Source: Thermofilum adornatum (GTDB lineage: Archaea; Thermoproteota; Thermoprotei; Thermofilales; Thermofilaceae). Taken from it: a stretch of 32,000 nucleotides of DNA. Where the stretch lies: assembly GCF_000446015.1 (NCBI RefSeq), contig NC_022093.1, positions 1,260,001 to 1,292,000 of the forward strand. The letters run 5' to 3'. The first letter of the stretch is position 1, and the number at the start of each line of letters is the position of its first letter. Below, one piece after another: positions 1-7,316 of this stretch. Below the pieces are notes generated by a model. That model searched no databases. It saw only the letters and a program-made list of their open reading frames with translations, and had not been told where the DNA came from. Made by a program: the position numbers and the translations under genes.

Positions 1-1
1 C

Positions 2-286
2 GTGAAAAACCTCGAGCCAAGACTGAGTATTGGAGTGTTACTGGAGGAATGGGACGACGAGTACCTAGAAATAGCGAGAAACCTGGGGGCAGAAGCCATA
101 CTCCCCTACTACGAGATTCTCGACAAAGACTTGGTATCAAAGATAAAGTCAAATGGCTACAAGATTATCACGTGGACGGTAGACGACCCCAGCATAGCCC
201 AGAAACTCTTAGACATGGGCATCGAGGGCGTAATAACAAACAATCCGTGCGCTCTAAGACACATACTTCACAAGAAGAGTCCATGA
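2..286 (+). CDS. glycerophosphodiester phosphodiesterase (GDPD family), C-terminal fragment; the 5' end lies outside the window
   Basis: ORF is open from the window edge. 'KIITWTVDDPSIAQKLLDMGIEGVITNNP' is the typical C-terminus of GDPD/UgpQ TIM-barrel enzymes. Stop TGA at 284-286. Confidence 0.8.
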   Translation: MKNLEPRLSIGVLLEEWDDEYLEIARNLGAEAILPYYEILDKDLVSKIKSNGYKIITWTVDDPSIAQKLLDMGIEGVITNNPCALRHILHKKSP

Positions 287-1270
287 AAATGTCAAAATTT
301 TTCCCAGCCAAATATCTCAGTATCTCTTCTTAGCCTTAATCTACACCTTTGCCCTGAGCGTCTAGTCCACGCCTAGCACCATAGAAATCCTAGAGCTAAA
401 AACAAGCATTGGCACTATACAGAGCGGCGTTTTTCTCCAGAGGAAAAACCGGACATTTTATCCAGGGGAAGAAATTTCAGTGAGGATAACTCTAAAAGCA
501 AAAACACCTAGCCAGACAAACAACGTAATAACCCTGAGTGTCTACTTGGCAAATCCACTCGGCATAGTAATCTTTGACGACTCAAAGAACTTAACTCTTA
601 CCCAGACAGGAATCGTTGAGGCCTTCGAAGCAATTTTTACATATAGTCTTCCAGAGACAGCCCTAAGAGGCTACTACCAGGTTTACGTCCAAGCATCAGC
701 CGCGGGCACCAGCAGAAAGACTCAAGACTCATTCTTTTATAACGGCTATGTCGACCGAGAAAACATAGTCGAACTCAACTGGACCCTCAAGCTGACAGGG
801 CAAGGAGAAGTAAAAGAGCTCAAGATCGCTCTTCCCTGGATCTTAGACCTAGAGCAACCAGTAGGCCCCATAATCTCGCCGAAACCGAGCAAAATAGAAG
901 TAGACCCCTACGGAAACAGGTACGCTGTTTATCAAAACATAAAAGTAACAAATACCCCCTTTACTTTGAAATTTAGGCTGGTAGCGCTACAGGAGATAAA
1001 AATCATCAATGAGAGCATACCTCTTAGCGCCCTAAAAAGTCTCCCCGACGAGGTAAAGCCTTTTCTCAAACCGTCCCCTTACATAGAGAGTGATTCCCCC
1101 GAGATAGCCGCAATAGCCTCAAGTATGCTTCAAGGAACAACAACTATTAACTTTTCCAATGTCGGAAAAAACCTTAATAAGTCTTTTATGTCCATTAAGT
1201 TGGGATGACGACCAACCGGAAGGCTTGCGGAGGCATGAAGAGTGCGGCCGTAGCTGACTTCTCGCATTAA
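283..1270 (+). pseudogene. decayed gene for a secreted or membrane-anchored transglutaminase-like protein; a central 281-codon frame is intact (366-1208; the ORF track starts it at GTG 480)
   Basis: ATG 283 overlaps the upstream TGA (ATGA) and encodes 'MKMSKFFPAKYLSISS' before a stop at 331-333. The hydrophobic continuation 'LFLALIYTFALSV' is in another frame and ends at an in-frame TAG (363-365), after which the long frame opens with no ATG. The C-terminal 'YIESDSPEIAAIASSMLQGTTT' resembles the segment that precedes transglutaminase cores. After the stop at 1208, plausible continuations ('WDDQPEGL', '..ADFSH') lie in the other two frames and end at TAA 1268-1270. Confidence 0.4.
1205..1257 (+). 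ncRNA. candidate C/D-box sRNA (weak; the same sequence may just be a pseudogene remnant)
   Basis: Layout is ATGACGA (1205-1211, C-like) - 12 nt - CTTG (1224-1227, degenerate D') - 7 nt - ATGAAGA (1235-1241, C'-like) - 12 nt - CTGA (1254-1257, D). Total 53 nt and locally GC-rich. Both C boxes deviate from RUGAUGA at position 5, and the terminal stem is weak. Confidence 0.2.
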
Positions 1271-1289
1271 TATTTCCCTGTAAAAGAGA

Positions 1290-1301
1290 AAAATTATATA
1301 C
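1290..1301 (+). promoter_or_regulatory. TATA-like box for the epimerase gene
   Basis: 'AAAATTATATAC' is centred about 27 nt upstream of GTG 1323, consistent with a leaderless transcript. Confidence 0.35.
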
Positions 1302-1322
1302 TTTTACTGGTCATCGAAAAGT

Positions 1323-2264
1323 GTGAAGGTTCTAGTAACAGGTGGAGCAGGATTCATTGGTAGCTTCTTAGCCGAAAAGCTCCTACAAAAAGGCTTCGAA
1401 GTAAAGATTCTCGATAATTTTTCCACTGGTACTTTAAAGAACCTATCTCACATTCAAGACCAAGTCGAAATAGTCAGAGGAGACATAAGGAGTCCACAAG
1501 ACCTAGAAAAGGCAATAAATGGAGTAGACGCAGTCTTCCATTTTGCGGCTAACCCAGAGGTCAGGATTGGCGACCCAGGAGAACACTTCGAACACAACAT
1601 CCTTGCAACTTATCTCTTGCTAGAGACCATGAGAAAGAAAAATGTAAAAGATATTGTTTTTGCCTCGTCGAGCACTGTCTATGGCGATGCACAAAAGCTA
1701 CCAACGCCAGAGGACAGCGCTTTAAAGCCTATCTCTGTCTATGGCGCATCCAAGCTTGCATGCGAGTCACTAATTTCGTCCTATGCACACACTTACGGGT
1801 TCAAGGGCGTGGCTCTCCGCTATGCAAACGTTGTGGGTCCCCGGGCCACAAGAGGGGTCATTAAAGACTTTATCCTTAAGCTCAAGGCTAACCCGAGGGA
1901 GCTCGAGATACTTGGGGACGGGACACAGACAAAGAGCTATATCTGGATAGACGACGCAGTCGATGCTACTATTTTCGCTTGGGAGAGAACCATCGAAGGC
2001 TTCGAACCTTACAACGTTGGTAGTATAGATGCAATTTCCGTCAAAGAAGTCGCAGACATAGTGGTAGAGGTTATGGGCCTCAGGGACGTGAGCTATAGGT
2101 TTACAGGCGGAGTAATGGGTGGGAGAGGCTGGGTGGGAGACGTTAAGTACATGCACCTAGACATAGCGAAGCTACTGAGAATGGGCTGGAGTCCAAAGTA
2201 TTCCAGCAGGGAAGCCGTGAGAAAAGCGGCAATGAGCCTTGTAAGAGAAATAGGCACTAAATAA
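1323..2264 (+). CDS. NAD-dependent epimerase/dehydratase (extended SDR, GalE-like)
   Basis: N-terminal Rossmann motif 'VTGGAGFIGS', catalytic 'YGASK' (YxxxK), 313 aa, GTG start. Confidence 0.9.
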   Translation: MKVLVTGGAGFIGSFLAEKLLQKGFEVKILDNFSTGTLKNLSHIQDQVEIVRGDIRSPQDLEKAINGVDAVFHFAANPEVRIGDPGEHFEHNILATYLLLETMRKKNVKDIVFASSSTVYGDAQKLPTPEDSALKPISVYGASKLACESLISSYAHTYGFKGVALRYANVVGPRATRGVIKDFILKLKANPRELEILGDGTQTKSYIWIDDAVDATIFAWERTIEGFEPYNVGSIDAISVKEVADIVVEVMGLRDVSYRFTGGVMGGRGWVGDVKYMHLDIAKLLRMGWSPKYSSREAVRKAAMSLVREIGTK

Positions 2265-2267
2265 GCC

Positions 2268-2726
2268 CTACCTGCTTGGTTGCTGTGGAGCATCTTCATT
2301 TGCAAATTCCTTGAAAGCCCTATGAAGGAAAACAAGTTTCTCTTTGTCAAGCAAGCCCTCATGCTTAAACATCCTCGTGATTTTTCCATTTTCCCTAATC
2401 ATGAAGAAGACCGTTGGAGAGATGTGGACATCGAATACTTCAAAAAGCTTTTTCGCGTATTCAGACGTACATAGCTTTGCGAACCAGTCGCAGAGAACAA
2501 CGATTGGGGTGGGTCTAGGTGGGTCTAGGGATTCTACGAAGCTGAACCATTCTTGGTCGAATTTCCTGCATGCGGGGCAACTTGAATTGTCGAAGTATAT
2601 CACGTAGTATCCGTTCTCCTTGAATGGCAGTTTCTCTTCTAGCCTCCAAGTTTTTTTCTCGAAATCATACACGTATACGCCGTTGGGGCAAGATGGTCCA
2701 GGCTTGCATTCTTTTTCCGCAGACAC
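2268..2726 (-). CDS. thioredoxin-fold protein with a CPAC redox motif
   Basis: 'YVIYFDNSSCPACRKFDQEW' is a thioredoxin-like beta-strand followed by CxxC. GTG start, with TATA-like 'TTTTTAAAA' (2749-2757) centred about 27 nt upstream. Confidence 0.6.
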   Translation of the reverse strand: MSAEKECKPGPSCPNGVYVYDFEKKTWRLEEKLPFKENGYYVIYFDNSSCPACRKFDQEWFSFVESLDPPRPTPIVVLCDWFAKLCTSEYAKKLFEVFDVHISPTVFFMIRENGKITRMFKHEGLLDKEKLVFLHRAFKEFANEDAPQQPSR

Positions 2727-2777
2727 ATCTACAGAAAAACTTCTATGCTTTTAAAAATTCTGATGGAAAGATTCACA

Positions 2778-3521
2778 TCAAATATTCGTAAACATTTGCA
2801 ACAGTGGCTGATAGAACGTATTGGCAACGGTGCTCTTTAATAAAAAGTCTAGGGCTATGAATACAAGAGACCAGAAGAGGAGCCTCTTAACATCCTTCTC
2901 AACGGTAAACCTGTGTTGAAAGATAATTATGTGGCTGAGCCTCGACAAGGCAACTCCCAAAAGAACATAGCCCACAACACGTAGCAAGGCATAAATCTGC
3001 CATGAGAGCAAGACGACGCAGAGAAGATGTTCAGGCTTTGCATGTAGTATCAAGACCCCCACGTAATAATTCATGTAGTTTAGCAGGACGGCTCCAAGGA
3101 AAAGTCCAAGCAAACCTACACTTGCAAGGGATAAAGCCGTAAAGACAGCAATTTCTCTAATCTTTGGTATCATAAAAAGGGAAGGGTCACCCTCGGGTCC
3201 CCTCCCAGTTCTTATCCATTCAAACATCTCGGAAACGTAGGCCTCGCCATTTATAATGCGGCCAGAGACTAGGCTTCTCTGAGAGATAGTGGCAAAAATT
3301 ATAGCCAATGACACGGCTATAGCCCACAGGAACACGAGTAACGCGGCATATCTTAGTTTGCCTCCTCTAATCGCTTTAAAATAGAAAGGATACACCGCTA
3401 AAAGCTGGACAACCGGCAACAAAAATGGACTTATGCCTGCCAACACCAGGCCAAGAAACGTTGCAAAAAGACCAGCCGAAAAAACTGTAGCTGTCTCTTC
3501 AATGGCTGAATGGGACACCAT
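2778..3521 (-). CDS. polytopic membrane protein, function unknown
   Basis: Multiple hydrophobic helices. I prefer ATG 3521 ('MVSHSAIEE') because the TATA-like 'AAATAAAAATAAAAG' (3544-3558) lies inside the TTG-extended ORF (3566) given in the track. Confidence 0.6.
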   Translation of the reverse strand: MVSHSAIEETATVFSAGLFATFLGLVLAGISPFLLPVVQLLAVYPFYFKAIRGGKLRYAALLVFLWAIAVSLAIIFATISQRSLVSGRIINGEAYVSEMFEWIRTGRGPEGDPSLFMIPKIREIAVFTALSLASVGLLGLFLGAVLLNYMNYYVGVLILHAKPEHLLCVVLLSWQIYALLRVVGYVLLGVALSRLSHIIIFQHRFTVEKDVKRLLFWSLVFIALDFLLKSTVANTFYQPLLQMFTNI

Positions 3522-3615
3522 ACATACTCCTTGGTAGTTCCAACTTTTATTTTTATTTCTCGACAAGGGGCGAAAAAAATTAATAAAGTTAAAAAGAATT
3601 TCTTATGAGAGACTA

Positions 3616-4347
3616 ATGCAGGTTGTAATCGTAAAAGAGCTATCTAAAAAGTTTGGAGAGTTCTACGCACTTAAAAATGTCTCCTTCGAAGTAGAAGAGG
3701 GAGAAATATTTGGACTAATAGGCCCCAACGGTGCAGGCAAGACAACCACTTTCCGAATCCTGTCAGGTCTAATTCCTCCCACATCGGGGCACGTAGAAAT
3801 CATGGGCGAGAAGCCTGGATCCCCAAGGCTAAAGAGAGTAGTCACATATCTCCCAGAAGACGCAGGAACATATAGAAACCTGACTGGCTACGAATTCCTA
3901 AAGCTGATCTCAGAGATATATTTCGGCAAGACACGCGAGGCAGAGGAGGCTTTGGAGCTCGGCTTAAAGATAGCTTCTCTCGGCGACAAGATCCACGAGA
4001 AAATGAAAAACTATAGCAAGGGTATGAAGCGCAGGATACAGGTAGCAAGAACCCTTATGGTTAAGCCTAGACTAGCCATACTTGACGAGCCGACGGCTGG
4101 ACTCGACGTGATACATTCAAAAGAGATCAGGGAAACCATACTTAGTTTCTCACGCGAATTCGGCACAACAGTCTTAGTCTCGAGCCACAACATGCTCGAA
4201 GTCGAGAATCTATGCGGGAAAATCGCAATGATAAACAAGGGAAGCATTGTTCTAACAGGCAGTGTAAAAGAGCTCCTCGAAGAGAGAGGAGCTAAAAACC
4301 TGGAAGAACTATTCTTTATGGTCACGAAGCAAGGTGAAGCCGCATGA
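3616..4347 (+). CDS. ABC transporter ATP-binding protein (ABC-2/NatA-like exporter type)
   Basis: Walker A 'GPNGAGKTT' (3721-3744), signature-like 'YSKGMKRR', Walker B 'LAILDEPTAGLD', H-loop 'SSHNM'. Confidence 0.95.
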   Translation: MQVVIVKELSKKFGEFYALKNVSFEVEEGEIFGLIGPNGAGKTTTFRILSGLIPPTSGHVEIMGEKPGSPRLKRVVTYLPEDAGTYRNLTGYEFLKLISEIYFGKTREAEEALELGLKIASLGDKIHEKMKNYSKGMKRRIQVARTLMVKPRLAILDEPTAGLDVIHSKEIRETILSFSREFGTTVLVSSHNMLEVENLCGKIAMINKGSIVLTGSVKELLEERGAKNLEELFFMVTKQGEAA

Positions 4348-5687
4348 TCCGCGCGCTAGTTCTCAAGGAGGTAAAGGATCTCCTAAGGGATCCAAGAATT
4401 CTCCTACCCTTTATCCTTTCGGCCGTTGCTATGCCCGTCATTGCCCTAGTGATCTTGTTACCAATGCAGTCAGCGGTTCAGCAAGCAATCTCTGGCACAA
4501 AGACTGTAGCGGTTCTCGACCTAGACAAGACGACATACAGCCAAGGACTCATAAGATACCTAGAAAACAATGGAATACAAGTAATTGGAGTTACCGGAGA
4601 CCCTCAACAAAAACTACAAGAAATAGCCAACAGCCTCGCAAAACAGAAAATTAGTGTTCTACTAGTAATCAACAGAGGCTTTGGCGCACAAATAGCCGAG
4701 AAAAAACCGGCAAAAATACAGCTCATCAGCATTATCGAAGAACTGTCGATGTTTTCAGGCATCGAGATAACCCCCATCCAGCAACTTGTAAATGACTACA
4801 TTCTCAGTCTCCTTATCAATGGAACAAACCTCACCTTAGAACTTGTAAAAAACCCTGTGAACGTCACATCAGTGACTTATCTTTCCTCAAAGAACTTACT
4901 ATTCCCCTATGGTCCAGCCTTCATGGTTAGTTTTTCCCTCTCAGCGCTCTTTGTGCCGCTCATCGTAATGGGCATAGCAATGACAGTAATGCAGATGTCT
5001 GCAACATCCATGGCCGTTGAAAACGAGGAAAGAACACTCGAGACACTTTTAACCCTACCAGTTTCAAGCACACAGATACTTGTATCAAAGCTTCTAGGAA
5101 TGTTTATAGTCTCGCTCGTGGGCACAGTTTTCGAAGTCATCGGCCTTGTTCTCTATTTCGGCATACTGTCCTACGCCTTCAGCCTTCCAACGCCCAATGC
5201 ACAGACCCTCGTAAGTATGCCGACAAGTCTCTCAGAGGTGGTGCCAGCAAGTGGTATACCTCTTCTAGCACTGAGCCTAATCCTATCACTATTCTTCTAC
5301 GCCTCAATTGGAGTAATAGTCGGGGCCCTAAGCAGAGACGTGAGGATAGCAAATACACTCATGAGCCCCATAGGCATAATATTCATTGTACCGGCTTACC
5401 TCATCGTCTTTGCACCCTCTAGCTTCTATGGGCCAGCCGTTAGAGCCCTCCTCTACATACTTCCCATAACCCAGCCAACCATAATGGCCAGAGACATGAT
5501 AGCTTCACAACTACCACCCGAAACACCAGTCTACCTCTTAGCGTCTTTGCTCTTCTCACTTATACTAATCTATGTAACAGGAAAATTCTTCTCGCTGGAA
5601 ACTCTATCGACATTACAGTACAGAGTCGAGGAACTAGCTTCAAGGATAAAAAGAAAGAAAGAGAGGCACTCCATCGATACGGATTAG
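4344..5687 (+). CDS. ABC-2 type transporter permease (NatB-like, with a large extracytoplasmic loop after TM1)
   Basis: ATGA overlap with the ATPase gene. N-terminal TM, a soluble loop of about 150 aa, then about 5 TM helices, which is typical ABC-2 topology. Confidence 0.8.
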   Translation: MIRALVLKEVKDLLRDPRILLPFILSAVAMPVIALVILLPMQSAVQQAISGTKTVAVLDLDKTTYSQGLIRYLENNGIQVIGVTGDPQQKLQEIANSLAKQKISVLLVINRGFGAQIAEKKPAKIQLISIIEELSMFSGIEITPIQQLVNDYILSLLINGTNLTLELVKNPVNVTSVTYLSSKNLLFPYGPAFMVSFSLSALFVPLIVMGIAMTVMQMSATSMAVENEERTLETLLTLPVSSTQILVSKLLGMFIVSLVGTVFEVIGLVLYFGILSYAFSLPTPNAQTLVSMPTSLSEVVPASGIPLLALSLILSLFFYASIGVIVGALSRDVRIANTLMSPIGIIFIVPAYLIVFAPSSFYGPAVRALLYILPITQPTIMARDMIASQLPPETPVYLLASLLFSLILIYVTGKFFSLETLSTLQYRVEELASRIKRKKERHSIDTD

Positions 5688-6676
5688 ATAATTGTATCCT
5701 CTATTCTCGTCGGTTTTTCACTTGGTAGCACATATTTTTTGTTTGAGGCAAATCTCCAGAAGCGCCACATGTATGTCTCTTCTTTTCCAGGAGGGCACAC
5801 GAGTTCAGAGAGGGGGACGCTAGCCTTCACGCCTCCGATTGTTGCTAGTAATGCAGCCTTTCTGGGTCCAGTGTATTGTCCAACTATAATTGCACGATTA
5901 TTGTCGATTATAACGAAATGGGTTCCGGGAATTCTCGCGGCTAGACGCGAAGCTACATGCGATCTCCACCCCTCCAAGTAAAAAACTTCTATTGGTCTCT
6001 CAGGATCAGGAAAGTAGGGGTACCCGTAGTTGCCAGTCCACAGCGGCAAAATGTGTCTTTGGATATGTAGCGTCAAGGCCTGTGGAGAAATAGGCTTAAG
6101 CGAGGGGTCTTCTTTTCGCGCGTCTTCATAGGCAGTCTTGAACCTTTTAAATGGAGAATTCATTTTATGTGTCAGAATCGCCCAGTCAACCTTGTCGGGG
6201 ACACGTAAAAAGGGCTCCTCCTCTGGAAGCTCCATCAAATCCATAATGCCAGGGTAGTCCTGTGGTTTGAAACCGTATCCTGCCTTGACAAGTAGCTTGT
6301 CTGGGACCCAAAAAGAAAACTCTAAACCCTTAACAACATAGAGAGGTTTTAGCGTGTTCAGGAATCCTTCGAGAAAATTATTGCTTGCAAGCCCGACGAC
6401 AAGATATAGTTTGCTCAAACCCTCAAGTGGAAAAATTTTAAGGACAAAGGGTGGAGGCTCGGCCGGGACTTTCTCAGTGAAAACACCTATTACTTTTAAG
6501 CCTATCTTGTGGAAACTTATACTCCACCTGAGCCTCCACTTGGCAGTGTCTCCATAGAGGAGTTTCTTCGCTTTATCTCTTCTTATACCAGTCAAGCGGC
6601 TAAGCGACTCCAGGCTTCTTGCGAATCGGAAGGCTGTAAACAGTTCAACTGTGGCTTCGTCAACCAATCTATGCAC
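5684..6676 (-). CDS. hypothetical protein; possible tandem HTH plus alpha/beta (Lrp/AsnC-like) regulator
   Basis: GTG start overlaps the end of the upstream MarC gene by 8 nt. There are two HTH-like stretches ('LESLSRLTGIRRDKAKKLL' and 'DKVDWAILTHKMNSPFKRF...ISPQALTLHIQRHILPLW'), each followed by beta-rich sequence. The assignment is my own reading only. Confidence 0.55.
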   Translation of the reverse strand: MHRLVDEATVELFTAFRFARSLESLSRLTGIRRDKAKKLLYGDTAKWRLRWSISFHKIGLKVIGVFTEKVPAEPPPFVLKIFPLEGLSKLYLVVGLASNNFLEGFLNTLKPLYVVKGLEFSFWVPDKLLVKAGYGFKPQDYPGIMDLMELPEEEPFLRVPDKVDWAILTHKMNSPFKRFKTAYEDARKEDPSLKPISPQALTLHIQRHILPLWTGNYGYPYFPDPERPIEVFYLEGWRSHVASRLAARIPGTHFVIIDNNRAIIVGQYTGPRKAALLATIGGVKASVPLSELVCPPGKEETYMWRFWRFASNKKYVLPSEKPTRIEDTII

Positions 6677-7268
6677 CCATGGAGCGCAGTGCCTCCTCGA
6701 TACCGCTCCGAATAAAAGATACGGCGAGTACAGCTAGAAATAGTGAGAAGATTCTCGAGACCACTAGCACAGTGTTCTTTCCAGCTTTCCCAAGTAGTAT
6801 ACTACTATTCGCAAGTATTATGTAGCCGGCAATGGTGTTGAGTAGGATGCTTAAAAGTGTAGGAACTAGTCCAAAGGTATTATTCAGGTACATGACCATG
6901 TAGATGCTACCGGGTCCAGCGAGCAGGGGTGTAGCCATGGGGACAATAGCCAGGTCCTCGCTTCTCAGCATTTCTGCCTCTATCTTTCCAAAAATGCCCT
7001 CGATCCCTATAATGAATAGTATGATTCCTCCAGCAATCTTAAAATCCGCTACAGATACATTGTAATAGGCAAAAAACGGATAGCCAAATAACGTGAAAAA
7101 TACGAGTAAAGCAGACGCCACGAGAACGGACTTTAAGAAGACCTTATTGCGTTCAGAAGCTTTCATCCCGGAGGTCAACGAGTAAAATATTGGAATGTTT
7201 CCAATAGAGTCAAGAACAATAAAAAGCATAATGAATGCATCCCAGACATCTTTTAGGGCTAAAACCAT
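6669..7268 (-). CDS. MarC family (UPF0056) integral membrane protein
   Basis: 199 aa, about 6 TM helices, N-terminal 'FIVLDSIGNIPIFYSLTSGM..ER' matches the MarC-family signature region. Confidence 0.8.
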   Translation of the reverse strand: MVLALKDVWDAFIMLFIVLDSIGNIPIFYSLTSGMKASERNKVFLKSVLVASALLVFFTLFGYPFFAYYNVSVADFKIAGGIILFIIGIEGIFGKIEAEMLRSEDLAIVPMATPLLAGPGSIYMVMYLNNTFGLVPTLLSILLNTIAGYIILANSSILLGKAGKNTVLVVSRIFSLFLAVLAVSFIRSGIEEALRSMGA

Positions 7269-7289
7269 AGGTAATCAATGACTGCGAAC

Positions 7290-7299
7290 TTTAAAAATC
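7290..7299 (-). promoter_or_regulatory. TATA-like box for the MarC gene
   Basis: The reverse complement 'GATTTTTAAA' is centred about 26-27 nt upstream of ATG 7268, in the 48-nt gap after the AAA+ gene. Confidence 0.35.
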
Positions 7300-7316
7300 T
7301 TTAGAGACCCATGTCT

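Noticed and set aside
1770-2389. 128-aa and 98-aa ORFs antisense to the epimerase gene 3' half
   Set aside because: The epimerase frame is continuous with conserved SDR motifs. The antisense products have no start context and show composition typical of shadow ORFs.
2509-2528. Perfect tandem duplication GTGGGTCTAG x2
   Set aside because: It lies inside the thioredoxin-fold CDS (minus strand) and encodes the Pro-rich 'DPPRPTP'. There are only two copies and it does not disrupt the frame, so it is probably a small slippage event and not a repeat element.
4334-4654. 106-aa ORF overlapping the start of the ABC-2 permease in another frame
   Set aside because: The permease frame gives a canonical N-terminal TM helix and is ATGA-coupled to the ATPase gene. 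The alternative frame is a basic, low-complexity translation with no support.
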